Below are positions 33,201 to 51,201 of a stretch of DNA of 64,000 nucleotides, one piece after another. The notes beneath the pieces were generated by a model. The model searched no databases and was not told the DNA's origin. It saw only the letters and a list, made by a program, of their open reading frames with translations. How positions within the stretch are numbered: position 1 is the stretch's first letter; each line of letters begins with the position of its first letter. The position numbers were made by a program, and so were the translations under genes. The DNA comes from Eledone cirrhosa. Taxonomy: Eukaryota. The stretch is taken from assembly GCA_964016885.1 (NCBI GenBank), contig OZ024740.1, forward strand, positions 405,232,001 through 405,296,000, in the 5' to 3' direction.

Positions 33201-36200
33201 TACCACCACCATCTCCACCACCATCATCTCCATCAGCATCATCTCCACCACCATCATCTCCACCACCATCATCTCCACCACCACCATCTCCACCACCACC
33301 ATCTCCACCACCATCATCTCCACCACCACCATCTCCACCACCATCATCTCTACCACCATCATCTCTACCACTATCATCTCTACCACCATCATCTCTACCA
33401 CCATCACCTCTACCACCACCATCTCTACCACCACCATCTCCACCACCACCATCTCCACCACCATCATCTCTACAACCATCATCTCCACCACCACCATCTC
33501 TACCACCACCATCTCCACCACCACCATCAGCATCATCTCCACCACCATCATCTCTACCACTATCATCTCTACCACCATCATCATCTCCACCATCTCCACC
33601 ATCTCCACCACCATCATCTCCACCACAACCATCTCTACCACCATCATCTCTACCACCATCATCTCTACCACCATCTCCACCACCACCATCTCCACCACCA
33701 TCATCTCCACCACCATCATCTCCACCACCATCATCTCCACCACCATCATCTCCACCAACATCATCTCCACCACCATCATCTCTACCACCATCTCCACCAC
33801 CACCATCTCCACCACCATCATCTCTACCATCATCTCCACCACCATCATCTCCAACACCATCACCTCTACACCACCATCTCTACCACCATCTCCACCACCA
33901 TCATCTCCACCACCATCATCTCCACCACCATCATCTCCACCACCATCATCTCCACCACCATCATCTCCACCACCACCATCTCCACCACCATCATCTCCAC
34001 CACCATCATCTCCACCACCATCATCTCTACCACCATCTCCACCACCATCATCTCTACCACCACCACCTCCACCACCATCATCTCCACCACCACCATCTCT
34101 ACCACCATCTCCAACACCATCATCTCTACCACCAGCATCTCCACCACCATCATCTCCACCACCATCATCTCCAACACCATCATCTCTACCACCATCATCT
34201 CTACCACCATCTCCACCACGATCATCTCTACCACCACCACCTCCACCACCATCATCTCTACCACCATCATCTCCAACACCATCACCTCTACACCACCATC
34301 TCTACCACCATCTCCACCACCATCATCTCCACCACCATCATCTCCACCACCATCATCTCCACCACCATCATCTCCACCACCATCATCTCCACCACCATCA
34401 TCTCTACCACCATCATCTCCACCAACATCATCTCTACCACCATCTCCACCACCATCATCTCTACCACCACCACCTCCACCACCATCATCTCTACCACCAT
34501 CTCCAACACCATCATCTCTACCACCACCATCACCTCTACCACCATCATCTCCACCACCACCATCTCCACCACCATCATCTCCACCAGCATCATCTCCACC
34601 ACCATCATCTCCACCAGCATCATCTCCACCACCATCATCTCTACCACCATCATCTCCACCATCATCATCTCTACCACCACCATCTCCACCACCACCATCT
34701 CTACCACCATCATCTCTACCACCACCATCTCCACCACCATCATCTCCACCACCATCATCTCCAACACCATCACCTCTACCACCATCATCTCCACCACCAC
34801 CATCTCCACCACCATCATCTCCACCAGCATCATCTCCACCACCATCATCTCCACCACCACCATCTCTACCACCATCATCTCTACCACCATCATCTCCACC
34901 ATCATCATCTCCACCAGCATCATCTCCACCACCATCATCTCCACCACCACCATCTCCACCACCACCATCTCCACCACCATCATCTCTACCACCACCATCT
35001 CCACCACCACCATCTCTACCACCATCATCTCTACCACCACCATCTCCACCACCATCATCTCCACCACCACCATCTCCACCACCATCATCTCTGCCACCAT
35101 CTCCACCACCACCATCTCCACCACCATCATCTCTACCACCACCATCTCCACCACCATCTCCACCACCATCATCTCCACCACCACCATCTCCACCACCATC
35201 ATCTCCACCACCATCATCTCTACCACCATCATCTCTACCACCATCATCTCCACCACCATCATCTCCACCACCACCATCTCCACCACCATCATCTCCACCA
35301 CCATCATCTCCACCACCACCATCTCCACCACCACCATCTCCACCACCATCATCTCCACCACCACCATCTCCACCACCACCATCTCCACCACCATCATCTC
35401 TACCACCACCATCTCCACCACCACCATCTCTACCACCATCATCTCTACCACCACCATCTCCACCACCATCATCTCCACCACCACCATCTCCACCACCATC
35501 ATCTCTGCCACCATCTCCACCACCACCATCTCCACCACCATCATCTCTACCACCACCATCTCCACCACCATCTCCACCACCATCATCTCCACCACCACCA
35601 TCTCCACCACCACCATCTCCACCACCATCATCTCTACCACCACCATCTCCACCACCATCTCCACCACCATCATCTCCACCACCACCATCTCCACCACCAT
35701 CATCTCTACCACCATCATCTCCACCACCACCATCTCCACCACCATCATCTCCACCACCATCATCTCTACCACCATCATCTCCACCACCATCATCTCCACC
35801 ACCACCATCTCCACCACCATCATCTCCACCACCATCATCTCCACCACCACCATCTCCACCACCATAATCTCCACCACCATCATCTCCACCACCACCATCT
35901 CCACCACCATCATCTCTACCACCACCATCTCCACCACCATCATCTCCACCACCACCATCTCTACCACCATCATCTCTACCACCACCATCTCCACCACCAT
36001 CATCTCCACCACCATCATCTCCACCACCACCATCTCCACCACCATCATCTCCACCACCATCACCTCTACCACCATCATCTCCACCACCACCATCTCCACC
36101 ACCATCATCTCCACCAGCATCATCTCAACCACCATCATCTCCACCACCATCATCTCCACCACCATCATCTCCACCACCACCATCTCCACCACCATCATCT

Positions 36201-39200
36201 CCATCAGCATCATCTCCACCACCATCATCTCCACCATCATCATCTCCACCATCATCATCTCCACCACCATCATCTCCACCACCATCATCTCCACCATCTC
36301 CACCACCATCTCCACCACCATCATCTCCACCACCACCATCTCCACCACCATCATCTCCACCACCATCATCTCCACCATCATCATCTCCACCACCATCATC
36401 TCCACCACCATCATCTCTACCACCATCATCTCCACCACCATCATCTCCACCACCATCATCTCTACCACCACCATCTCCACCACCACCATCTCCACCACCA
36501 CCATCTCCACCACCACCATCAGCATCATCTCCACCACCATCATCTCCACCACCACCATCTCCACCACCATCATCTCCACCACCATCATCTCTACCACCAT
36601 CATCTCCACCACAACCATCTCTACCACCATCATCTCTACCACCATCTCCACCACCACCATCTCCACCACCATCATCTCCACCACCATCATCTCCACCACC
36701 ATCATCTCCACCACCATCATCTCCACCACCATCATCTCTACCACCATCTCCACCACCATCATCTCTACCACCACCACCTCCACCACCATCATCTCTACCA
36801 CCATCTCCACCAGCACCATCTCCACCACCATCATCTCCACCACCATCATCTCCACCACCATCATCTCCACCACCATCATCTCCACCACCATCATTTCTAC
36901 CACCACCACCTCCACCACCATCATCTCCACCACCATCACCTCTACCACCATCATCTCTACCACCATCATCTCCACCACAACCATCTCTACCACCATCATC
37001 TCTACCACCATCATCTCCACCACAACCATCTCTACCACCATCATTTCTACCACCATCTCCACCACCACCATCTCCACCACCACCATCTCCACCATCAGCA
37101 TCATCTCCACCACCATCATCTCCACCACCATCATCTCCACCACCATCATCTCCACCACCATCATCTCCACCACCATCATCTCCACCACCACCATCTCCAC
37201 CACCACCATCTCCACCACCACCATCTCCACCACCACCATCAGCATCATCTCCACCACCATCATCTCCACCACCATCATCTCCACCACCATCATCTCCACC
37301 ACCATCATCTCCACCACCATCATCTCCACCACCACCATCTCCACCACCATCATCTCCACCACCATCATCTCCACCACCACCATCTCTACCACCATCTCCA
37401 CCACCATCATCTCCACCACCATCATCTCCACCACCATCATCTCCACCACCATCATCTCTACCACCATCTCCACCACCATCATCTCTACCACCACCACCTC
37501 CACCACCATCATCTCCACCAGCACCATCTCCACCACCATCATCTCCACCAGCACCATCTCCACCACCATCATCTCCACCACCATCACCTCTACCACCATC
37601 ATCTCCACCACCACCATCTCCACCACCATCATCTCTACCACCACCATCTCCACCACCATCATCTCCACCAGCACCATCTCCACCACCATCATCTCCACCA
37701 CCATCATCTCTACCACCATCATCTCCACCACCATCATCTCCACCACCATCATCTCCACCACCACCATCTCTACCACCATCTCCACCACCATCATCTCCAC
37801 CACCATCATCTCCACCACCATCATCTCCACCACCATCATCTCTACCACCATCTCCACCACCATCATCTCTACCACCACCACCTCCACCACCATCATCTCC
37901 ACCAGCACCATCTCCACCACCATCATCTCCACCAGCACCATCTCCACCACCATCATCTCCACCAGCACCATCTCCACCACCACCATCTCCACCACCATCA
38001 TCTCCACCACCACCATCTGCACCACCATCACCTCTACCACCATCATCTCCACCACCACCATCTCCACCACCATCATCTCTACCACCACCATCTCCACCAC
38101 CATCATCTCCACCAGCACCATCTCCACCACCATCATCTCCACCACCACCATCTCCACCACCATCATCTCCACCACCATCATCTCTACCACCAGCATCTCC
38201 ACCACCATCATCTCCACCACCATCATCTCCAACACCATCACCTCTACCACCATCTCCACCACCATCTCTACCACCATCATCTCCACCACCATCATCTCCA
38301 CCACCATCATCTCCACCACCATCATCTCTACCACCACCATCTCTACCACCACCATCTCCACCATCATCATCTCCACCACCATCTCTACCACCATCATCTC
38401 TACAACCATCTCCAACACCATCATCTCTACCACCAGCATCTCCACCAGCATCATCTCCACCACCATCATCTCCACCACCATCTCTACCACCATCATCTCC
38501 ACCACCATCATCTCCACCACCACCAGCTCCGCCACCATCATCTCCACCACCATCATCTCCACCACCATCATCTCTACCACCATCATCATCTCCACCACCA
38601 TCATCTCCACCACCATCATCTCCACCACCATCATCTCCACCACCACCATCTCCACCACCATCTCTACCACCACCATCATCTCCACCATCTGCACCACCAT
38701 CATCTCCACCACCACCATCATCTGTACCACCATTTCTACCACCATCATCTCTACCACCATCATCTCTATCACCATCTCCACCACCATCATCTCCACCACC
38801 ATCATCTGCACCACCATCATCTCCACCACCATCTCCACCACCATCATCTTTACCACCCTCATCTCCACCACCCCCACCACCATCATCTCCACCACCATCA
38901 CCTCCACCACCATCATCTCCATCACCATCATCTCCACCATCATCATCTCCACCACCACCATCTCCACCACCACCATCTCCACCACCACCATCTCCACCAC
39001 CATCATCTCCATCACCATCATCTCCACCACCATCATCTCTACCACCATCATCTCCACCACCATCATCTCCACCACCATCATCTCTACCACCATCTCCACC
39101 ACCACCATCTCCACCACCACCATCTCCACCACCACCATCAGCATCATCTCCACCACCATCATCTCCACCACCATCATCTCCACCACCATCATCTCCACCA

Positions 39201-42200
39201 CCATCATCTCCACCACCATCATCTCCACCACCATCATCTCTACCACCATCATCTCCACCACAACCATCTCTACCACCATCATCTCTACCACCATCTCCAC
39301 CACCACCATCTCCACCACCATCATCTCCACCACCATCATCTCCACCACCATCATCTCTACCACCACCACCTCCACCACCATCATCTCTACCACCATCTCC
39401 ACCAGCACCATCTCCACCACCATCATCTCCACCACCATCATCTCCACCACCATCATCTCCACCACCATCATCTCCACCACCATCATCTCTACCACCATCT
39501 CCACCACCATCATCTCTACCACCACCACCTCCACCACCATCATCTCTACCACCATCTCCAACACCATCATCTCTACCACCAGCATCTCCACCACCATCAT
39601 CTCCACCACCATCATCTCCAACACCATCATCTCCAACACCACCATCTCTACCACCACCATCTCCACCACCATCATCTCTACCACCACCACCTCCACCACC
39701 ATCATCTCTACCACCAATACCTCCACCACCATCTCTACCACCACCATCTCTACCACTATCATCTCCACCACCATCATCTCCACCACCATCATCTCCACCA
39801 CCATCATCTCTACCACCATCATCTCCACCACCATCATCTCTACCACCACCATCTCTACCACCACCATCTCCACCACCACCATCTCTACCACCACCATCTC
39901 TACCACTATCATCTCCACCACCATCATCTCCACCACCATCATCTCCACCACCATCATCTCTACCACCATCATCTCCACCACCATCATCTCCACCACCATC
40001 ATCTCCACCACCATCATCTCCACCACCACCATCTCTACCACCACCATCTCTACCACTATCATCTCCACCACCATCATCTCCACCACCATCATCTCTACCA
40101 CCATCATCTCCACCACCATCATCTCCACCACCACCATCTCTACCACCACCATCTCCACCACCATCATCTCTACCACCATCATCTCCACCACCATCATCTC
40201 CACCACCACCATCTCTACCACCACCATCTCTACCACCACCATCTCCACCACCATCATCTCCACCACCATCATCTCCACCACCATCATCTCTACCACCACC
40301 ACCTCCACCACCATCATCTCCACCAGCATCATTTCTACCAACACCATCTCCACCACCACCATCTCTACCACCACCATTTCTACCACCATCATCTCCATCA
40401 CCATCATCTCCACCACCACCACCATCATCTCTACCACAACCATCTCCACCATCATCATCTCTACCACCATCATCATCTCCACCACCATCATCTCCACCAC
40501 CATCTCCATCACCATCTCCACCATCTCCACCACCACCATCTCCACCACCATCATCTCCACCACCACCATCTCCACCACCATTATCTCCATCACCATCATC
40601 TCCACCATCTCCACCACGACCATCTCCACCACCATCATCTCCACCACCATCATCTCCACCACCATCATCTCTACCACCATCTCCACCACCACCATCTCCA
40701 CCACCACCATCATCTCTACCACCATCATCTCCACCAGCATCATCTCCACCACCATCATCTCTACCACCATCATCTCCACCACCATCATCTCCACCACCAT
40801 CATCTCCACCACCACCACCATCATCTCTACCACCATCATCTCCACCACCATCATCTCCACCACCATCATCTCCACCACCACCATCATCTCTACCACCATC
40901 ATCTCCACCACCATCATCTCTACCACCATCTCCACCACCATCATCTCCACCACCACCATCATCTCCACCACCATCATCTCCACCACCACCACCATCATCT
41001 CTACCACCATCATCACCACCACCATCATCTCCACCACCATCATCTCCACCACCACCATCATCTCTACCACCATCATCTCCACCACCATCATCTCTACCAC
41101 CATCTCCACCACCATCATCTCCACCACCACCATCATCTCCACCACCATCATCTCCACCACCATCATCTCTACCACCATCTCCACCACCATTATCTCTACC
41201 ACCATCATCTCCACCACCATCATCTCCACCACCATCATCTCCACCACCACCATCATCTCTACCACCATCATCTCCACCACCATCATCTCTACCACCATCT
41301 CCACCACCATCATCTCCACCACCAGCATCATCTCCACCACCATCATCTCCACCACCACCATCATCTCTACCACCATCATCTCCACCACCATCATCTCTAC
41401 CATCATCTCCTCCACCATCATCTCCACCACCACCATCATCTCTACCGCCATCATCTCCACCACCATCATCTCCACCACCATCATCTCCACCACCACCATC
41501 ATCTCTACCACCATCATCTCCACCACCATCATCTCTACCACCATCTCCACCACCATCATCTCCACCACCATCATCTCTACCACCATCATCTCCACCACCA
41601 TCATCTCCACCACCACCATCTCTACCACCACCATCTCCACCACCATCATCTCTACCACCATCATCTCCACCACCATCATCTCCACCACCACCATCTCTAC
41701 CACCACCATCTCTACCACCACCATCTCCACCACCATCATCTCCACCACCATCATCTCCACCACCATCATCTCTACCACCACCACCTCCACCACCATCATC
41801 TCCACCAGCATCATTTCTACCAACACCATCTCCACCACCACCATCTCTACCACCACCATTTCTACCACCATCATCTCCATCACCATCATCTCCACCACCA
41901 CCACCATCATCTCTACCACAACCATCTCCACCATCATCATCTCTACCACCATCATCATCTCCACCACCATCATCTCCACCACCATCTCCATCACCATCTC
42001 CACCATCTCCACCACCACCATCTCCACCACCATCATCTCCACCACCACCATCTCCACCACCATTATCTCCATCACCATCATCTCCACCATCTCCACCACG
42101 ACCATCTCCACCACCATCATCTCCACCACCATCATCTCCACCACCATCATCTCTACCACCATCTCCACCACCACCATCTCCACCACCACCATCATCTCTA

Positions 42201-45200
42201 CCACCATCATCTCCACCAGCATCATCTCCACCACCATCATCTCTACCACCATCATCTCCACCACCATCATCTCCACCACCATCATCTCCACCACCACCAC
42301 CATCATCTCTACCACCATCATCTCCACCACCATCATCTCCACCACCATCATCTCCACCACCACCATCATCTCTACCACCATCATCTCCACCACCATCATC
42401 TCTACCACCATCTCCACCACCATCATCTCCACCACCACCATCATCTCCACCACCATCATCTCCACCACCACCACCATCATCTCTACCACCATCATCACCA
42501 CCACCATCATCTCCACCACCATCATCTCCACCACCACCATCATCTCTACCACCATCATCTCCACCACCATCATCTCTACCACCATCTCCACCACCATCAT
42601 CTCTACCACCATCTCCACCACCATCATCTCCACCACCACCATCATCTCCACCACCATCATCTCCACCACCATCATCTCTACCACCATCTCCACCACCATT
42701 ATCTCTACCACCATCATCTCCACCACCATCATCTCCACCACCATCATCTCCACCACCACCATCATCTCTACCACCATCATCTCCACCACCATCATCTCTA
42801 CCACCATCTCCACCACCATCATCTCCACCACCAGCATCATCTCCACCACCATCATCTCCACCACCACCATCATCTCTACCACCATCATCTCCACCACCAT
42901 CATCTCTACCATCATCTCCTCCACCATCATCTCCACCACCACCATCATCTCTTCCGCCATCATCTCCACCACCATCATCTCCACCACCATCATCTCCACC
43001 ACCACCATCATCTCTACCACCATCATCTCCACCACCATCATCTCTACCACCATCTCCACCACCATCATCTCCACCACCATCATCTCTACCACCATCTCCA
43101 CCACCACCATCTCCACCATCTCCACCATCACCATCTCTACCACCATCATCTCTACCACCATCATCTCCACCACCATCATCTCTACCACCATCATCTCCAC
43201 CACCATCATCTCTACCACCATCTCCACCACCATCATCTCCACCACCATCATCTCTACCACCATCTCCACCACCACCATCTCCATCATCTCCACCAGCATC
43301 ATCTCTACCACCACCATCTCTACCACCATCATCTCCACCACCATCATCTCCACCACCATCATCTCTACCACCATCTCCACCACCACCATCTCCACCATCT
43401 CCACCATCATCATCTCTACCACCATCATCTCCACCAGCATCATCTCCACCACCATCATCTCTACCGCCACCATCTCTACCACCATCATCTCCACCACCAT
43501 CATCTCCACCACCATCATCTCCACCACCACCACCATCATCTCTACCACCACCATCTCTACCACTATCATCTCCACCACCATCATCTCCACCACCATCATC
43601 TCCACCACCACCATCTCTACCACCACCATCTCTACCACTATCATCTCCACCACCATCATCTCCACCACCATCATCTCTACCACCATCATCTCCACCACCA
43701 TCATCTCCACCACCACCATCTCTACCACCACCATCTCCACCACCATCATCTCTACCACCATCATCTCCACCACCATCATCTCCACCACCATCATCTCTAC
43801 CACCACCATCTCCACCACCATCATCTCTACCACCACCATCTCTACCACCACCATCTCTACCACCACCATCTCCACCACCATCATCTCCACCACCATCATC
43901 CCCACCACCACCATCTCTACCACCACCATCTCTACCACCACCATCTCCACCACCATCATCTCCACCACCATCATCTCCACCACCATCATCTCTACCACCA
44001 CCACCTCCACCACCATCATCTCCACCAGCATCATCTCTACCAACACCATCTCCACCACCACCATCTCTACCACCACCATCTCTACCACCACCATTTCTAC
44101 CACCATCATCTCCATCACCATCATCTCCACCACCATCATCTCCACCACCACCACCATCATCTCCACCACCACCACCATCATCTCTACCACAACCATCTCC
44201 ACCATCATCATCTCTACCACCATCATCTCTACCACCATCATCATCTCCACCACCATCATCTCCACCACCATCATCTCCACCACCATCTCCATCACCATCT
44301 CCACCATCTCCACCACCACCATCTCCACCACCATCATCTCCACCACCACCATCTCCACCACCATTATCTCCATCACCATCATCTCCACCACCATCATCTC
44401 CACCACCATCATCTCTACCACCATCTCCACCACCACCATCTCCACCACCATCATCTCCACCACCACCATCATCTCTACCACCATCATCTCCACCAGCATC
44501 ATCTCCACCACCATCATCTCTACCACCATCATCTCCACCACCATCATCTCCACCACCATCATCTCCACCACCACCACCATCATCTCTACCACCATCATCT
44601 CCACCACCATCATCTCCACCACCATCATCTCCACCACCACCATCATCTCTACCACCATCATCTCCACCACCATCATCTCTACCACCATCTCCACCACCAT
44701 CATCTCCACCACCACCATCATCTCCACCACCATCATCTCCACCAGCATCATCTCCACCACCATCATCTCTACCGCCATCATCTCCACCACCATCATCTCC
44801 ACCACCATCATCTCCACCACCACCATCATCTCTACCACCATCATCTCCACCACCATCATCTCTACCATCATCTCCTCCACCATCATCTCCACCACCACCA
44901 TCATCTCTACCGCCATCATCTCCACCACCATCATCTCCACCACCATCATCTCCACCACCACCATCATCTCTACCACCATCATCTCCACCACCATCATCTC
45001 TACCACCATCTCCACCACCATCATCTCCACCACCACCATCATCTCCACCACCATCATCTCCACCACCACCACCATCATCTCTACCACCATCATCACCACC
45101 ACCATCATCTCCACCACCATCATCTCCACCACCACCATCATCTCTACCACCATCATCTCCACCACCATCATCTCTACCACCATCTCCACCACCATCATCT

Positions 45201-47986
45201 CTACCACCATCTCCACCACCATCATCTCCACCACCACCATCATCTCCACCACCATCATCTCCACCACCATCATCTCTACCACCATCTCCACCACCATTAT
45301 CTCTACCACCATCATCTCCACCACCATCATCTCCACCACCATCATCTCCACCACCACCATCATCTCTACCACCATCATCTCCACCACCATCATCTCTACC
45401 ACCATCTCCACCACCATCATCTCCACCACCAGCATCATCTCCACCACCATCATCTCCACCACCACCATCATCTCTACCACCATCATCTCCACCACCATCA
45501 TCTCTACCATCATCTCCTCCACCATCATCTCCACCACCACCATCATCTCTTCCGCCATCATCTCCACCACCATCATCTCCACCACCATCATCTCCACCAC
45601 CACCATCATCTCTACCACCATCATCTCCACCACCATCATCTCTACCACCATCTCCACCACCATCATCTCCACCACCATCATCTCTACCACCATCTCCACC
45701 ACCACCATCTCCACCATCTCCACCATCACCATCTCTACCACCATCATCTCTACCACCATCATCTCCACCACCATCATCTCTACCACCATCATCTCCACCA
45801 CCATCATCTCTACCACCATCTCCACCACCATCATCTCCACCACCATCATCTCTACCACCATCTCCACCACCACCATCTCCATCATCTCCACCAGCATCAT
45901 CTCTACCACCACCATCTCTACCACCATCATCTCCACCACCATCATCTCCACCACCATCATCTCTACCACCATCTCCACCACCACCATCTCCACCATCTCC
46001 ACCATCATCATCTCTACCACCATCATCTCCACCAGCATCATCTCCACCACCATCATCTCTACCGCCACCATCTCTACCACCATCATCTCCACCACCATCA
46101 TCTCCACCACCATCATCTCCACCACCACCACCATCATCTCTACCACCACCATCTCTACCACTATCATCTCCACCACCATCATCTCCACCACCATCATCTC
46201 CACCACCACCATCTCTACCACCACCATCTCTACCACTATCATCTCCACCACCATCATCTCCACCACCATCATCTCTACCACCATCATCTCCACCACCATC
46301 ATCTCCACCACCACCATCTCTACCACCACCATCTCCACCACCATCATCTCTACCACCATCATCTCCACCACCATCATCTCCACCACCATCATCTCTACCA
46401 CCACCATCTCCACCACCATCATCTCTACCACCACCATCTCTACCACCACCATCTCTACCACCACCATCTCCACCACCATCATCTCCACCACCATCATCCC
46501 CACCACCACCATCTCTACCACCACCATCTCTACCACCACCATCTCCACCACCATCATCTCCACCACCATCATCTCCACCACCATCATCTCTACCACCACC
46601 ACCTCCACCACCATCATCTCCACCAGCATCATCTCTACCAACACCATCTCCACCACCACCATCTCTACCACCACCATCTCTACCACCACCATTTCTACCA
46701 CCATCATCTCCATCACCATCATCTCCACCACCATCATCTCCACCACCACCACCATCATCTCCACCACCACCACCATCATCTCTACCACAACCATCTCCAC
46801 CATCATCATCTCTACCACCATCATCTCTACCACCATCATCATCTCCACCACCATCATCTCCACCACCATCATCTCCACCACCATCTCCATCACCATCTCC
46901 ACCATCTCCACCACCACCATCTCCACCACCATCATCTCCACCACCACCATCTCCACCACCATTATCTCCATCACCATCATCTCCACCACCATCATCTCCA
47001 CCACCATCATCTCTACCACCATCTCCACCACCACCATCTCCACCACCATCATCTCCACCACCACCATCATCTCTACCACCATCATCTCCACCAGCATCAT
47101 CTCCACCACCATCATCTCTACCACCATCATCTCCACCACCATCATCTCCACCACCATCATCTCCACCACCATCATCTCCACCACCACCACCATCATCTCT
47201 ACCACCATCATCTCCACCACCATCATCTCCACCACCATCATCTCCACCACCACCATCATCTCTACCACCATCATCTCCACCACCATCATCTCTACCACCA
47301 TCTCCACCACCATCATCTCCACCACCACCATCATCTCCACCACCATCATCTCCACCAGCATCATCTCCACCACCATCATCTCTACCGCCATCATCTCCAC
47401 CACCATCATCTCCACCACCATCATCTCCACCACCACCATCATCTCTACCACCATCATCTCCACCACCATCATCTCTACCATCATCTCCTCCACCATCATC
47501 TCCACCACCACCATCATCTCTACCGCCATCATCTCCACCACCATCATCTCCACCACCATCATCTCCACCACCACCATCATCTCTACCACCATCATCTCCA
47601 CCACCATCATCTCTACCACCATCTCCACCACCATCATCTCCACCACCATCATCTCTACCACCATCTCCACCACCACCATCTCCACCATCTCCACCATCAT
47701 CATCTCTACCACCATCATCTCTACCACCATCATCTCTACCACCATCATCTCCACCACCATCATCTCTACCACCATCATCTCCACCACCATCATCTCTACC
47801 ACCATCTCCACCACCATCATCTCCACCACCATCATCTCTACCACCATCTCCACCACCACCATCTCCACCATCTCCACCACCACCATCTCTACCACCACCA
47901 TCTCTACCACCATCATCTCCACCACCATCATCTCCACCACCATCATCTCTACCACCATCTCCACCACCACCATCTCCACCATCTCC
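30240..47986 (+). repeat. Copy 2 of the ~17.7-kb duplicated satellite block, truncated by the gap
   Basis: Same ordered rare variants as copy 1, e.g. TCTGTACC, CTTTACCACCCTC, CCAATACCTCC, CTCTTCCGCC. Confidence 0.85.
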
Positions 47987-48186
47987 NNNNNNNNNNNNNN
48001 NNNNNNNNNNNNNNNNNNNNNNNNNNNNNNNNNNNNNNNNNNNNNNNNNNNNNNNNNNNNNNNNNNNNNNNNNNNNNNNNNNNNNNNNNNNNNNNNNNNN
48101 NNNNNNNNNNNNNNNNNNNNNNNNNNNNNNNNNNNNNNNNNNNNNNNNNNNNNNNNNNNNNNNNNNNNNNNNNNNNNNNNNNNNNN
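47987..48186. other. Assembly gap (200 N)
   Basis: Run of exactly 200 N, probably a fixed-size scaffolding gap. True adjacency of the two sides is not established. Confidence 0.99.
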
Positions 48187-48280
48187 TTCTTTTTGGCAAC
48201 ATGACCCTCCCAAAGTATAACAATATCGGTTTCAACACACGATTTCAGATAAAGAATCTTGCTAAACAAATTCAGAAACG

Positions 48281-48381
48281 ATATATATATGTATATATAT
48301 ATATATATGTATATATATGCATATATATATATGTATATATATATATATGTGTGTATATGTATATATATATGTATATATATG

Positions 48382-48413
<32 letters not shown>

Positions 48414-48417
48414 TGTG

Positions 48418-48500
<83 letters not shown>

Positions 48501-48592
48501 GTATATATATATATGTATATGTATATATATATATGTATATATATATATGTATATATATATATACATGTATATATATATACATGTATATATAT

Positions 48593-48642
<50 letters not shown>

Positions 48643-48903
48643 GTATATGTATATATATATCAAGTGGGAAAACCCCCGTCCAAACCATGCAAGCGTGGAA
48701 CACGGACGTTAAACGTTGATGATGATATATGTATATGTATATATATGTATATGTGTATATATATATATATGTATATATATATACATGTATATGTATATAT
48801 ATATACATGTATATGTATATATATATGTATATATATATATATGTGTATATGTATATATATGTATATATATATATGTATATATATGTATATATATATATGT
48901 ATA

Positions 48904-48948
<45 letters not shown>

Positions 48949-49029
48949 GTATATATATATATGTATGTATATATATATGTATATATATATGTATACATAT
49001 ATATATATGTATATATGTATATATATATG

Positions 49030-49103
<74 letters not shown>

Positions 49104-49119
49104 TATATGTATATACATG

Positions 49120-49160
<41 letters not shown>

Positions 49161-49229
49161 ATGTATATATATATATATATATATATGTATATACATGTAT
49201 ATGTATATATATATATATATATATACATG

Positions 49230-49277
<48 letters not shown>

Positions 49278-49313
49278 CATGTATATGTATATATATATAT
49301 ATATATATACATG

Positions 49314-49356
<43 letters not shown>

Positions 49357-49359
49357 ATG

Positions 49360-49424
<65 letters not shown>

Positions 49425-49427
49425 ATG

Positions 49428-49472
<45 letters not shown>

Positions 49473-49581
49473 ATATATATATGTATATGTATATACATGT
49501 ATATGTATTTATATATATATATATACATGTATATGTATATATATATATATATATATATCTATATATATATATATATACATG

Positions 49582-49613
<32 letters not shown>

Positions 49614-49823
49614 CATGTATACGTATATATATATGTATATATATATACATGTATACGTATATATATATATCTATATATATATACATGTATACGTATATAT
49701 ATATGTATATATATATATACATGTATACGTATATATATATATATGTATATATATATGTATATATATATATATGTATATATATATATACATGTATATATAT
49801 ATATACATGTATATGTATACATG

Positions 49824-49869
<46 letters not shown>

Positions 49870-49967
49870 CATGTATACGTATATATATATATATGTATAT
49901 ATATATGTATATATATGTATATATATATATACATGTATATATATATATACATGTATATGTATACATG

Positions 49968-50013
<46 letters not shown>

Positions 50014-50163
50014 CATGTATATGTATACATGTATATGTATATATGTATATATATATATATGTATATATATATGTATATATATATACATGTATATGTATAC
50101 ATGTATACATGTATATATATAAATGTATATATATATACATGTATATGTATATATGTATGCATG

Positions 50164-50195
<32 letters not shown>

Positions 50196-50737
50196 CATCT
50201 ATATTTATATATATATACATGTATATGTATATATGTATACATGTATATATATATATATGTATATATATATATACATCTATATTTATATATATATACATGT
50301 ATATGTATACATGTATATGTATATGTATATATGTATACATGTATATATATATATATATGTATATATATATACATCTATATTTATATATATATACATGTAT
50401 ATGTATACATATATATATATGTGTGTATATGTATACATGTAAATGTATATATATATGTATATATGTATACATGTATATGTATATATGTATACATGTATAT
50501 GTATATATATATGTATATATACATGTATATATATATACATGTATATATATATGTATATATACATGTATATATATATACATGTATATGTATATATATATAC
50601 ATGTATATATATATACATGTATATGTATATATATATACATGTATGTATATATATATACATGTATATGTATATATACATGTATATATATATACATGTATAT
50701 GTATATGTATATATATATATGTATATATATATATGTG

Positions 50738-50768
<31 letters not shown>

Positions 50769-51166
50769 GTATATATATATACATGTATATGTATATATAT
50801 ATGTATATATATATACATGTATATGTATATATATATGTATATATACATACATATAGATGTATATGTATATATACATACATATAGATGTATATGTATATAT
50901 ACATACATATAAATGTCTATGTATATATACATACATGTATATATATATACATACACATGTATATATATATACATACACATGTATATATATATACATACAT
51001 GTATATATATATATACATGCATATATATATACATGTATATATATATATATATATACATATACATGTATATAATACATACATATACATGACTACATATACA
51101 TGAATATATAAACATGTATATGTATGTATACATATACATGTATATATACATACATATACATGTATG

Positions 51167-51201
<35 letters not shown>

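Larger units (their letters stand above)
1..47986. repeat. Satellite array, 15-bp consensus ATCTC(C/T)ACCACCA(T/C)C derived from CCA/TCA trinucleotides, with 9/12/18/21-bp length variants
   Basis: Continuous tandem unit read directly from base 1 to the N gap. G is almost absent on the + strand. Most indels are multiples of 3. Confidence 0.98.

Noticed and set aside
23226-35867. 4213-aa + strand ORF
   Set aside because: Drifts between STTII, HHHHL and PPPSS phases at frameshifts, and its start is a single ATC>ATG variant. Not a coherent protein.
1-47986. CRISPR array or telomeric repeat interpretation
   Set aside because: No unique spacers or cas genes, and no TTAGGG-type unit.
995-48238. 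Giant minus-strand ORFs (MMVVE)n and (DDGGG)n
   Set aside because: Automatic result of a stop-free repeat unit. Some run through the N gap. No unique domains.
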